In this document: piece after piece, positions 10,629-19,627 of the stretch | How the letters are laid out: the number at the start of each line of letters is the position of its first letter | Position numbering within the stretch: the first letter of the stretch is position 1 | DNA from: Bacteroidales bacterium | GTDB taxonomy: Bacteria; Bacteroidota; Bacteroidia; Bacteroidales; WCHB1-69 | NCBI GenBank assembly: GCA_031553535.1 | Contig: JAVBLM010000001.1 | Location: forward strand, 129,600 to 193,599 | Reading direction: 5' to 3' | Length of the DNA: 64,000 nt | Notes under the pieces: generated by a model | Databases searched by the model: none | What the model saw: only the letters and a program-made list of their open reading frames with translations | Told to the model about the DNA's origin: nothing | Made by a program: the position numbers and the translations under genes

Positions 10629-10706
10629 ATAAATTTATATCTTAAACGGAATCCTGATCCTGTTTAGTATTTTGTTATTTTTGCAAAAATAATCAAACAT
10701 ATTCAT

Positions 10707-11750
10707 ATGATGACCATCGAAGAAAGAATTTCTGCTTTCGAAAAACTTTCTATCCGTTTACAAGACACTTTAGAGGATAAACAAACCGGAAACCAAAAAT
10801 TAAAACAGCAAATAGAGCAAGAATATAATTACAATCCCTGGTTTATTCCCCTCTTCGTTCAGAAATCGATTGACGCTATTATTCAAATGCTGGATAAAGA
10901 AAAATTAACTCAATGGACTCTACCTTATCAAGGCATATCGAAAACATCGCAAAGATCGCTACGCATAGGAACTATTATGGCAGGGAACATTCCGCTTGTG
11001 GGATTTCATGATTTTTTGTCCGTACTTATAACCGGACATACATTCGTAGGGAAATTATCCTCGAATGATCCTCATTTATTACCTATCATTGCCGAAATAC
11101 TCTGCGAAATAGAACCTCGTTTTACAAATAAAATAGAATTCTGCTCCGGGAAACTTGGTAAAATAGACAGGCTTATTGCCACAGGCAGTAATAACTCGGC
11201 GCGTTATTTTGCTTATTATTTTCAAAAATATCCTTCTATTATTCGAAAGCATTGTAACAGCATTGCTATCCTAAATGGAAACGAATCCGAAGAGGAATTG
11301 AAGAAACTTGCCGATGATATTTTTTTATATTTCGGGCTCGGTTGCCGGAGTGTTTCCAAAATTTATATTCCTAAAGAATATGATTTTGAACCTTTATTCA
11401 TGGCTCTCGATCCCTATAAAAGCATTATGAACCAGCATAACAAATACCTGAACAACTTAGAGTATCAAAAAACAATCCATCTACTTAATTCTATCCCCTT
11501 TTTAGATCAAGGGATAACTATTTTTAAGGAAGATCCTGCTTTAGCATCTTCCATCAGTATTATCCATTATCAATATTATGACGATATGGATACTGTTTTA
11601 AAAGAAGTTTTATCTTTAGGCGATGAATTGCAATGTGCTGCAAGCAATATAATTCAAGATGGTTCCTTTGTCGCATTAGGGAAAACGCAATTTCCGGAAT
11701 TGGATGATTATGCCAATAGGATAAATACTTTATCTTTTTTGACTGAATGA
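10707..11750 (+). CDS. Acyl-CoA reductase (LuxC-like) family protein
   Basis: 347 aa. Overall resemblance to Bacteroidetes LuxC-like acyl-CoA reductases (GNIPLVGFHDFL, GLGCRSVSKIYIP). Assigned by recognition only. Confidence 0.55.
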   Translation: MMTIEERISAFEKLSIRLQDTLEDKQTGNQKLKQQIEQEYNYNPWFIPLFVQKSIDAIIQMLDKEKLTQWTLPYQGISKTSQRSLRIGTIMAGNIPLVGFHDFLSVLITGHTFVGKLSSNDPHLLPIIAEILCEIEPRFTNKIEFCSGKLGKIDRLIATGSNNSARYFAYYFQKYPSIIRKHCNSIAILNGNESEEELKKLADDIFLYFGLGCRSVSKIYIPKEYDFEPLFMALDPYKSIMNQHNKYLNNLEYQKTIHLLNSIPFLDQGITIFKEDPALASSISIIHYQYYDDMDTVLKEVLSLGDELQCAASNIIQDGSFVALGKTQFPELDDYANRINTLSFLTE

Positions 11751-11898
11751 TAGTGATAAAAGGAAAATTCCTTCGTTTTATTGAACTTACAAGTTCAGTT
11801 TTTATATATAAACAAGCCCTATCTGTTTTTACAGATAAAACATGCTTGAGATAATACAACTGAGGTATTTCACAATCTCTGCCGTACAAGAAAAATTC

Positions 11899-12245
11899 CC
11901 GAAAGACTCAAATGCTTTTTCAGGAAGTCTTGGAAGGTATCCGAAAGGGTTAATGTATTTGTTTTGGAAGCCTCGGAAGATATCCCAAAGACTCAGACAC
12001 TTTTTTAAGCGGTTTCCGGAATACCCGAAAGCTTCAAACCATTTGGTTTATGGGTTTCGGGAATTCCGAAAGGATTAAACCATTCGGTTTGGAGGTTTCG
12101 GGAATATCCGAAAGGCTCAAACCATTCGGTTTGGAGGTTTCGGAACTTCCGAAAGGTTCAAACCATTCGGTTTGGAGGTTTCGGGAACACCCGAAAGAGG
12201 CAAACCATTTGGTTTGGAGGTCTCGGAAACATCCGAAAGTGTCTT
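11899..12245. repeat. Tandem array, about 9 units of 41-43 bp, two short hairpins per unit
   Basis: CCGAAAG recurs at 11899, 11941, (11984), 12025, 12066, 12108, 12149, 12191 and 12233. Core unit: ccgaaaggctcaaaccattcggtttggaggtttcgggaatat. Hairpins are TTTCGG-n6-CCGAAA and AAACC-attc-GGTTT. Confidence 0.9.
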
Positions 12246-12353
12246 ATACTTTTATATCCGACCTTATTTAACATGAGCCAGGGGGTCAGAATTTAGTTTG
12301 TTTAAATAAAATCGAAATGATTTATATGATTTAATAACAGAATTTACAGGAAG

Positions 12354-12680
12354 TTATAACTCATGAACATCTTCGTATAGTTTCTTACAATAACTATATA
12401 ATAACTTGCTTACTTCCTCCGGTTTTTCTATTAAAAACAAGTATTGCTCATTGCTGAGATATTTTAAATCTTTTGACAGAATAAGATAATATTTGCATTC
12501 TTCGAGGCTTCCCTGGGAAATAGTAGAAAATCGAAGCTTTTCTGCTTTTCCTTTTCGTCGATATTCCTCTGCAATGTTAGCTGGTATTGAAACAGCGGAT
12601 CTTCTTAGTGGGGAAACAAGCCCGAATAATTCTTCTTTAGGATAATTTTCTATTATCTTGTAAGATTCGAGTTCAAAATT
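12354..12680 (-). pseudogene. 5'-truncated four-helix-bundle (23S rRNA intervening-sequence protein family) gene remnant
   Basis: The minus-strand frame reads KKSHNFELESYKIIENYPKEELFGLVSPLRRSAVSIPANIAEEYRRKGKAEKLRFSTISQGSLEECKYYLILSKDL...HEL*. It is bounded upstream by TAG and contains no Met, so it is absent from the ORF track. Confidence 0.55.
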
Positions 12681-12741
12681 ATGTGATTTCTTCTACCTAT
12701 ATAATCAAATCAATAAAAGAATTTGTTTTCTCCATCCCCTG

Positions 12742-12787
12742 TAACTTTATTTAACTTCTGAAACTTCTGTAACTTCTGTAACTTCTA
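12742..12787. repeat. 9-bp microsatellite (A/T)AACTTCTG x4-5
   Basis: taactttat ttaacttctg aaacttctg taacttctg taacttcta. Confidence 0.7.
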
Positions 12788-13075
12788 TTAAATAGTTTTT
12801 ATCCTGTTAAAATAAACGACTCCTATTCTCATCTTTATCAAACATTAAAATAATCAATTACAATAAATAAATCCCTCCGGATAATAATTCTTCATGAAAC
12901 GATTAAACATTAGAAAGTCAATATTTGTTATAGGGGAGTAATTTATTCTTATATACATATTTCAAAATAAATAAGAAAAATATATAAGAAAAAATCATTA
13001 TGGAATGGTTTTTGAAACTCAAGATACAATAACTGATAAATAATAAAATAATAGTTTAACTTTAAAAAAATAGAT

Positions 13076-13588
13076 ATGGGAAAAGAAGCCGTAGAAATTG
13101 CAGGTGTAGACGTAAAAAAACTTTTAGAAATGCTAAATGGTGCACTATCGGAAGAATGGTTAGCATATTATCAATATTGGGTAGGGGCACGTTTAATGGA
13201 GGGTCCAATGAGAAGTGAAATTGAACCGGAATTACTCGTACATGCGAATGAAGAACTTAACCATGCGGTTTTAGTAGTTAACAGAATCATCCAATTGAAC
13301 GGGACACCGGTAATAAATCCAAATGAATGGACGAAATTAGCTCGTTGTAAATATGAAGCGCCATCGGATCCTTATGTGGAAGTTATTCTGGAACAAAACT
13401 TAAGGGGAGAAAGATGTGCTATCAAGCGTTATGAAGAAATCGCAAATTATACCGTAGGAAAAGATCATGCAACATATCAAATGGCTGTAACTATTCTTGA
13501 AGATGAATTGGAACACGAACATGATATCGAAGATTGGATCAGAGACTTAGCCAGAATGAAAGAAGACTGGAAAAAAATCAGAATGTAA
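13076..13588 (+). CDS. DPS-like (DPSL) ferritin-superfamily protein
   Basis: 170 aa with ferritin-like di-iron ligand pattern (EE...EELNH...EDELEHEHD) and two Cys (CKYE..., ERCAIKRYEE), as in DPSL/thioferritin proteins. Confidence 0.8.
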   Translation: MGKEAVEIAGVDVKKLLEMLNGALSEEWLAYYQYWVGARLMEGPMRSEIEPELLVHANEELNHAVLVVNRIIQLNGTPVINPNEWTKLARCKYEAPSDPYVEVILEQNLRGERCAIKRYEEIANYTVGKDHATYQMAVTILEDELEHEHDIEDWIRDLARMKEDWKKIRM

Positions 13589-13592
13589 TAGT

Positions 13593-14300
13593 ATGGAACA
13601 AGAAATATTTTCAATGCCCCGTATAGGAGATAATGCTCCTGAATTCAAAGCATCAACAACACAAGGACCGGTTAATTTCCCTTCGGATTATAAGGGAAGT
13701 TGGGTGATATTATTTAGCCATCCGGCTGATTTTACTCCGGTTTGTACATCCGAATTTGTAACGTTTGCATCGATGGAAAAACAATTCAATGAAGCAAACT
13801 GTAAGTTGATAGGTCTTTCTGTAGATGGTTTATACAGTCATATTGCTTGGTTACGCACTATCAAAGAAAAGATTGAATACAAAGGAATGAAGGATGTAGA
13901 TGTCAAATTTCCTTTGATAGATGACGTTTCAATGAACGTTGCTAAAAAATACGGCATGATCATGGAAGGAGAAGCAACTACTTCCGCTGTACGTGCGGTA
14001 TTCGTAATCGATCCTAATGGAATAGTGCGGGCAATTATATACTATCCTTTGAGTTTGGGCCGTAACTTTGATGAATTGTATCGTATTGTTATTGCTCTAC
14101 AGACAGCGGATGAATTCAAAGTTGCTACTCCCGCTGATTGGAGACCTGGAGACGACGTAATTGTTGGCGCAGCAGGAACTTATAATGCAGCACAGGATAG
14201 GATGGATGGAAAAGAATCCGGACTTATGTGCAAAGATTGGTTCTTCTGTACCAAGAAACTTGACAAAGATACTGTTTTGAAAAAAATCATCAAGAAATAG
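13593..14300 (+). CDS. Peroxiredoxin, Prx6-type with C-terminal Cx5C
   Basis: Peroxidatic motif FSHPADFTPVCTSEF. C-terminal CKDWFFC. Confidence 0.9.
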   Translation: MEQEIFSMPRIGDNAPEFKASTTQGPVNFPSDYKGSWVILFSHPADFTPVCTSEFVTFASMEKQFNEANCKLIGLSVDGLYSHIAWLRTIKEKIEYKGMKDVDVKFPLIDDVSMNVAKKYGMIMEGEATTSAVRAVFVIDPNGIVRAIIYYPLSLGRNFDELYRIVIALQTADEFKVATPADWRPGDDVIVGAAGTYNAAQDRMDGKESGLMCKDWFFCTKKLDKDTVLKKIIKK

Positions 14301-14315
14301 CCCTAAGAAAATACA

Positions 14316-14346
14316 AAGGCTTGGTTATAAATCAAGCCTTTTTCCT
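14316..14346 (+). terminator. Intrinsic terminator after the peroxiredoxin gene
   Basis: Stem aaggcttg (14316-14323) / caagcctt (14333-14340) followed by tttcctt. Confidence 0.65.
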
Positions 14347-14397
14347 TTATATTTCAATATTGATTAAATTACTATTTTTGCGGGAAATATAAACGAT

Positions 14398-15180
14398 ATG
14401 AATCAAGACAATTTAAATTGCTGTTTAATACAATCTGATATTCACCCTGTGAATATAAAAGATAATTTGAACAGGTATGAAATGCTTTTGGAAAGCATAG
14501 AAAAGAATCCTGATATTATTATCTTTCCGGAAATGTTTGCATGTGGATTTTCAGAGAATATTGCACAAATTGCAGCAAGCTATACAAAAACATGCCTTGA
14601 TCTTTTATATCAGACTTCTCAAAAATATCATGCCGATATTGTAGCAAGTCTTCCGGTGATAGAAAAAGAATATCTTTTTAATCGACTTGTTTGGATCAGA
14701 GAAGGTAGAATAATTGCTCAATATGATAAAAGACATTTATTCTTCGGGTGTGAAAAACAATTGTGTACAAGAGGGGAAACAAAAGTAATTGTAAATAAAA
14801 ATGGCTGGAATTTTTTACCTTTGGTTTGTTATGATATTCGATTCCCCAACTGGTGTAGAAATCATTATAAAGATGATGCATTCACATACGACTGCCTACT
14901 GTTTATTGCTAACTTTCCAACACCACGTGTCGACACGCTAAAATTATTATTAAGAGCACGTGCGGTAGAAAATCAAGCTTATGTAATAGGAATCAACCGA
15001 ATAGGAGAAGATGGCATCGGGAATAAACACTGCGGAGGAAGCATGGTTATCAGCCCGGCGGGAGAAATAATCGCAGAAGCGCCATACAACAAAAATTTTT
15101 TATTAACTGCGACGATTGGAAAACCTGTTTTAGAGAAATTACGTTCAGATTTTCCTGTCTATAAAGACTGGGATGAATAA
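14398..15180 (+). CDS. Carbon-nitrogen hydrolase (nitrilase-superfamily amidohydrolase)
   Basis: Catalytic E-K-C context: IIFPEMF, YDKRHLF, LVCYDIRFP. Confidence 0.8.
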   Translation: MNQDNLNCCLIQSDIHPVNIKDNLNRYEMLLESIEKNPDIIIFPEMFACGFSENIAQIAASYTKTCLDLLYQTSQKYHADIVASLPVIEKEYLFNRLVWIREGRIIAQYDKRHLFFGCEKQLCTRGETKVIVNKNGWNFLPLVCYDIRFPNWCRNHYKDDAFTYDCLLFIANFPTPRVDTLKLLLRARAVENQAYVIGINRIGEDGIGNKHCGGSMVISPAGEIIAEAPYNKNFLLTATIGKPVLEKLRSDFPVYKDWDE

Positions 15181-15397
15181 AATTTGCTTCTTTAAACATA
15201 TAATTAACAACTTTATTAACAATTATTTTTTTATAAAACAAACGAAATCAGAATAATAATAAAAGTAAATATTTTTTTATCAACAATTCATTATTAACAA
15301 CTTATTAATAATGGAAAATGTTTTACATTTGCAAGAGATTATATTTAGTTTTAGGCATATTGTAAATACACTGGATATAAGCACATAAGAAAACTTA

Positions 15398-15405
15398 TAT
15401 ATTTG
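15398..15405 (+). promoter_or_regulatory. -7 promoter box (TAtaTTTG) upstream of the dcw cluster
   Basis: Exact TAnnTTTG match about 160 nt upstream of the mraZ ATG. Confidence 0.3.
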
Positions 15406-15500
15406 TTCTTTGTTTTTATCTTGTTTTCAAACCATGAGAAATGGATTTAATTTATTGAAAATTAACGGAATGTAGCATGTCCGTATTTTTTTGAAATCCA

Positions 15501-15550
15501 AATGGGAAAAAATGGGAAAAAACGAGAAAAAACGGGAAGAATAGGAAATA
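15501..15550 (+). promoter_or_regulatory. Candidate MraZ operator: five 10-bp phased (T/C)GGGA-type boxes
   Basis: aaTGGGAaaa aaTGGGAaaa aaCGAGAaaa aaCGGGAaga aTAGGAaata. The period is exactly 10 bp and the run ends 12 nt before the mraZ ATG. Confidence 0.5.
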
Positions 15551-15562
15551 AAAAAGAAAAAA

Positions 15563-16039
15563 ATGGTACCGGAAAAAAAGCACAATAGCACAATGGATAG
15601 CAACGGGAGATTCCTGTTACCGGCTTCCATTTTGCGGGAATGGCCCGCAAAAATGGAAGAGGGCTTTGTGATTAGCAGAAGTACTTCCGGTAAATGTTTG
15701 ACTCTCTATCCCATGAAAATTTGGAATACCTACAAGGAAAAGTTAAACAAACTCAATCCTTTTGACCAGAAAAATCGTGCTTATATTCGTGCATTTACTG
15801 GCGGGGCTACCGAAATAAAATCGGATGCCAAAGGACGACTGTTGATTCCTCAACATTTGCAGGAATATGCCCAACTAGGAAAAGAATTATATGTTGTGCA
15901 ATTCAGTTTTTTGGTAGAAATCTGGAATCCGAGTTTATATGATAATTGTAATGTTGATTTCATAGCAAACAATCAGGAATTTATTAGTGAAAAATCGAAT
16001 GAAATTTATGGAGATGGAAGCGAATTCTCTTTATCATAA
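15563..16039 (+). CDS. mraZ: Transcriptional regulator MraZ
   Basis: Two SpoVT/AbrB-like halves (DSNGRFLLPASILRE and DAKGRLLIPQHLQEY). First gene of the dcw cluster. Confidence 0.9.
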   Translation: MVPEKKHNSTMDSNGRFLLPASILREWPAKMEEGFVISRSTSGKCLTLYPMKIWNTYKEKLNKLNPFDQKNRAYIRAFTGGATEIKSDAKGRLLIPQHLQEYAQLGKELYVVQFSFLVEIWNPSLYDNCNVDFIANNQEFISEKSNEIYGDGSEFSLS

Positions 16040-16925
16040 TCCGGTAATGCTTACTCAAAGCATTGTTGGGCTTAATATCAAGCCCAATGGGATTTATGTT
16101 GACCTGACTTTCGGTTCGGGTGGGCACAGTCGTGCCATTCTAGAACATCTCGATGAAAACGGAAAACTATTTGCTTTCGACCAGGATCAGGATAGCAAAC
16201 GTAACCTGATTGATGACTCTCGTTTTGTATTTATCAATCAAAATTTCAAACACATAAAAAATCATCTAAAATTCTATGGTGTTGAAAAGGTGGATGCTAT
16301 ATTAGGTGACTTGGGCGTATCTTCCCACCAATTCGATTGTGAAGAGCGTGGATTTTCTATTCGTTTTGACGGTCCCCTTGACATGAGGATGGATAATAGA
16401 AAATCGTTAAAAGCCAGTGATATTTTAAACACATTCGAAGAAGCTGAATTAATCCGCATATTTTATCAATATGGAGAAATACAAAATGCAAGAAAGTTAG
16501 CAGAACTCATTATTAAAGAGAGAGAGATAATGCCATTCTCCACATCCCAGGATTTAATAAAACGAATCAACATATGCATTCCTAAACACAGAGAATTCAA
16601 ATATTTAGCCCAATTATATCAATCACTTCGTATAGAGGCAAATGATGAAATGAATGCACTGCGTACTCTTTTGGAACAAAGTACCTCGCTGTTAAATTCC
16701 GGTGGAAGGCTGGTTATCATTTCTTACCATTCCCTCGAAGACCGAATGGTTAAGATATTTATGAGAAGTGGAAATTTCAATGATATAATAGAGAAAGACA
16801 TGTATGGAAATATCTTATCTCCATATACTTTGATAAATCGCAAAGCAATTACTCCTGATGAGCAAGAACTAAAAGATAATAATAGAAGTAGAAGTGCAAA
16901 ATTAAGAATCGCAGAAAAAAAATAA
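16014..16925 (+). CDS. rsmH: 16S rRNA (cytosine1402-N4)-methyltransferase RsmH
   Basis: YHNPVML N-terminus and SAM motif DLTFGSGGHS. The track start at 15987 is GTG. ATGs at 16008 or 16014 fit family length better. Confidence 0.9.
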   Translation: MEANSLYHNPVMLTQSIVGLNIKPNGIYVDLTFGSGGHSRAILEHLDENGKLFAFDQDQDSKRNLIDDSRFVFINQNFKHIKNHLKFYGVEKVDAILGDLGVSSHQFDCEERGFSIRFDGPLDMRMDNRKSLKASDILNTFEEAELIRIFYQYGEIQNARKLAELIIKEREIMPFSTSQDLIKRINICIPKHREFKYLAQLYQSLRIEANDEMNALRTLLEQSTSLLNSGGRLVIISYHSLEDRMVKIFMRSGNFNDIIEKDMYGNILSPYTLINRKAITPDEQELKDNNRSRSAKLRIAEKK

Positions 16926-16926
16926 A

Positions 16927-17388
16927 ATGGCAAATAAATTTAGACCGATTGTAAATACTCCTATACCTGAAGAAGACTATTCAGAAATGAATAAGCCTAA
17001 GAATCGGCCTATACCTTCTAAGAAGAAAAAGCCAAAAAGTAAGAGTAAAATAGGAAAAAAAATCCGTAAAGCATTCGATAATATTTTCGGATTGGGAATA
17101 TTGAGGAAAATAAATTTCCGAAAGAATCTCCCCTATTTTATCATGATCATAATTATGATTATTGCATTGATATATAATAATTTGAACACTCAATCAAAAA
17201 GACTGAAAATCGAAAAACTTGAAGATGAAATTACCAAAGTCAACGATTTGCTGATGGACGTAATTGAAGAAGAATACAGTGTGGACGATAAACAGGAGAA
17301 AGAACTTTTACAGACGGCCAAAGAAGAAGGCTTTCAAAGTAACGGATACATTCCATATACAATAAAAGTAGAAAAAAAAGAAAAATAA
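16927..17388 (+). CDS. ftsL: FtsL-like cell-division protein
   Basis: Position between rsmH and ftsI. Lys-rich N-terminus, a single TM (LPYFIMIIIMIIALIY), then a coiled-coil. Confidence 0.6.
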   Translation: MANKFRPIVNTPIPEEDYSEMNKPKNRPIPSKKKKPKSKSKIGKKIRKAFDNIFGLGILRKINFRKNLPYFIMIIIMIIALIYNNLNTQSKRLKIEKLEDEITKVNDLLMDVIEEEYSVDDKQEKELLQTAKEEGFQSNGYIPYTIKVEKKEK

Positions 17389-17395
17389 TAATAAC

Positions 17396-19621
17396 GTGAA
17401 GAACTTTAAAATAAGTGTTTTCTTTGTATATGTCGTATTTCTAATCATAGGAATCATGGCAATGTATCGCATTGTCTCTTTAGCCGTTGCAAAAGGAAAA
17501 TATTACAGGGGCGAAATAGATGATGACAAGGAAATGGTTATTGATGGTCGAATTTTCAAAATAGAAACAAACACAATTTCCGGTAAAAGAGGAAATATTA
17601 TTTCGGATGATGGAACTGTTTTACTATCTACTGTTTATATCTATGATTTATATTGGTATCCATCTTATATATATACAAACAAGGTAAACGACAGTTTATT
17701 CATGTTGAACGTAGATTCGTTAATCCAAATTTTTCATCGGATAAACCCGAAAAAATCAATTGATTCTTATAATAAACTTATCAAAGAAGAATATCTGAAT
17801 TGTCGTCAAGCATACAAAAAAGCTATCAAACAAACAAAAAGCAACGAGAAGAAAGAAAAAGAAAAAGGTTATCTCGCTATTAAGAACCTGCAAAAAGAAT
17901 ATGTTCAAATAAAAGTCTCGAATGTCAGTCGTACAAACGAATGGGTTCGTCAGAAAGATATTGATGAAATTGATTCTTTATTCGCTGCCTGGAAAGGAGG
18001 TGGCAATTTTAGAGGAGGCTGTAAAAAAGACAGACGGGATGTAAGAAGGCAATTGACAGGTGGCTATCCTAAAAGCATTTTAGGAATGTTCGAAAGTGTA
18101 TCTTCCAGCAACAGAACCGATTCTATCATCTTTAAAAAAGGAATAGAAGGGTACTATGATTCTACACTTAGAGGAAAATGTATCACTTACCGCATATTAA
18201 AAGTAAATAATGAAACCGTCCGTCTAAAAGAAAACAGAGATATTTCACCCAGTAATGGCTGCGACGTAGTAACGACTATCAACAACGATATACAACGTGT
18301 AACTAAAAATGCATTAGAGAAACAACTTTTATTATCGGGAGCAGCTTGGGGTTGTGCCGTTGTGATGGATGTAAAAAGCGGAGAAATTAGAGCCATTTGT
18401 AATTTGGACAAAGTAGGGAATATCTATGAAGAACGGATTGACCATGCAACAACCGAACGATATGAACCGGGGTCAACATTTAAATTAATGACTTTATTAG
18501 CAGCATTAGAATCCGGAAAAATAGATACCAATACAATTGTTGAATGCGATAAAGGCAATTATTATTCTCTGAAAAAAGCATTTGTTATTTCCGATAACAA
18601 AGGATTATACAATGCTGCCAGAATGACCCATAAAAATATCAGTTCATTTCTTCTATCTCTAAAAGGAATGTCTTTAGAAAAAGATTTGAAAATCGAAACT
18701 GCACAGGCACGAATCCCGATATTAATTCCGATCACTTCAAAAGAATCTGATTTTCGGAATGTTACACATGGGTATAGCGTTAAAATACCTCCTGTCTATA
18801 TGCTCGCTTATTATAATGCTATTGCTAATGATGGTAAATATATAAAACCTACGTTAGTAAAATCAATAACTTGTCCTGATAAAGGGTCTTCTACCTCTCA
18901 ACATGAAATAATAAATGCAGCTATTTGTTCTCCACAAACAATTGCCAAAGCAAAAGATTGTCTGGAAGCCGTTGTTACTGAGGGAACTGCAAGAAGGGCA
19001 AGAGATAATCAATATTTAGCGTACATTAAAAATAAAGATACAAACATAATACATTATCCATTAATAGCAGGAAAAACAGGCACTGCTTTTATATATGATG
19101 AGAAAGAGAAAAAATATTCTCCTACACTTAAAAATTCTTCTTTTATCGGTTATTTTCCCAGTCAAAAACCAAAATACACTTGTTTGGTATTGGTTTCAGG
19201 AACTCCTTTGGATGCAAGTATTGTCGCTGTACCCGTTTGCAAGGAAATTGCCGAAAAATTAAACATGCATGATATAGAAATCGAATTAAGCGAGTCCAGA
19301 CAGAATAGTAAAAAAAATATTCCTACCAGTCGATTTGCCTATACAAAAGACATACAAACAATCTATAATGAACTTCATATTCCTATAAGCCTGTCAAACG
19401 AAAATCAATATGTTAGTCTTACAAAAAATGATAATAATGATATTGTCTCTATTCCCAGAAAGATTCCAAATCGCTCTGTTGCCGAATTAAAACATGCAAC
19501 AGTAAAAGATGCAACTTATATTTTGGAAAAAATGGGATATACAGTACAAATAAGAGGAAAAGGAAAAGTTAACGACATACAGATAGCCGGAACAACAGCA
19601 ATCGTGTTTTTAAAAGATTAA
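17396..19621 (+). CDS. ftsI: Penicillin-binding protein 3 (FtsI) with C-terminal PASTA domain
   Basis: Transpeptidase motifs STFK, SDN and KTGT. N-terminal TM. C-terminal PASTA-like VKDATYILEKMGYTVQIRGKG. GTG start. Confidence 0.9.
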   Translation: MKNFKISVFFVYVVFLIIGIMAMYRIVSLAVAKGKYYRGEIDDDKEMVIDGRIFKIETNTISGKRGNIISDDGTVLLSTVYIYDLYWYPSYIYTNKVNDSLFMLNVDSLIQIFHRINPKKSIDSYNKLIKEEYLNCRQAYKKAIKQTKSNEKKEKEKGYLAIKNLQKEYVQIKVSNVSRTNEWVRQKDIDEIDSLFAAWKGGGNFRGGCKKDRRDVRRQLTGGYPKSILGMFESVSSSNRTDSIIFKKGIEGYYDSTLRGKCITYRILKVNNETVRLKENRDISPSNGCDVVTTINNDIQRVTKNALEKQLLLSGAAWGCAVVMDVKSGEIRAICNLDKVGNIYEERIDHATTERYEPGSTFKLMTLLAALESGKIDTNTIVECDKGNYYSLKKAFVISDNKGLYNAARMTHKNISSFLLSLKGMSLEKDLKIETAQARIPILIPITSKESDFRNVTHGYSVKIPPVYMLAYYNAIANDGKYIKPTLVKSITCPDKGSSTSQHEIINAAICSPQTIAKAKDCLEAVVTEGTARRARDNQYLAYIKNKDTNIIHYPLIAGKTGTAFIYDEKEKKYSPTLKNSSFIGYFPSQKPKYTCLVLVSGTPLDASIVAVPVCKEIAEKLNMHDIEIELSESRQNSKKNIPTSRFAYTKDIQTIYNELHIPISLSNENQYVSLTKNDNNDIVSIPRKIPNRSVAELKHATVKDATYILEKMGYTVQIRGKGKVNDIQIAGTTAIVFLKD

Positions 19622-19627
19622 ATACAA

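Noticed and set aside
11899-12245. CRISPR interpretation of the 42/46/23-bp arrays (also 30214-30375, 40450-40541, 50155-50460)
   Set aside because: Units abut one another with no unique spacers. The units degenerate gradually. There are no cas genes and no leader in the window.
11842-12271. Track ORFs 11842-12078 and 12050-12271 (plus) as repeat-peptide genes
   Set aside because: They lie entirely within the 42-bp tandem array. The openness is a by-product of a 14-codon period. The frames switch along the array. There is no family resemblance or plausible start context.
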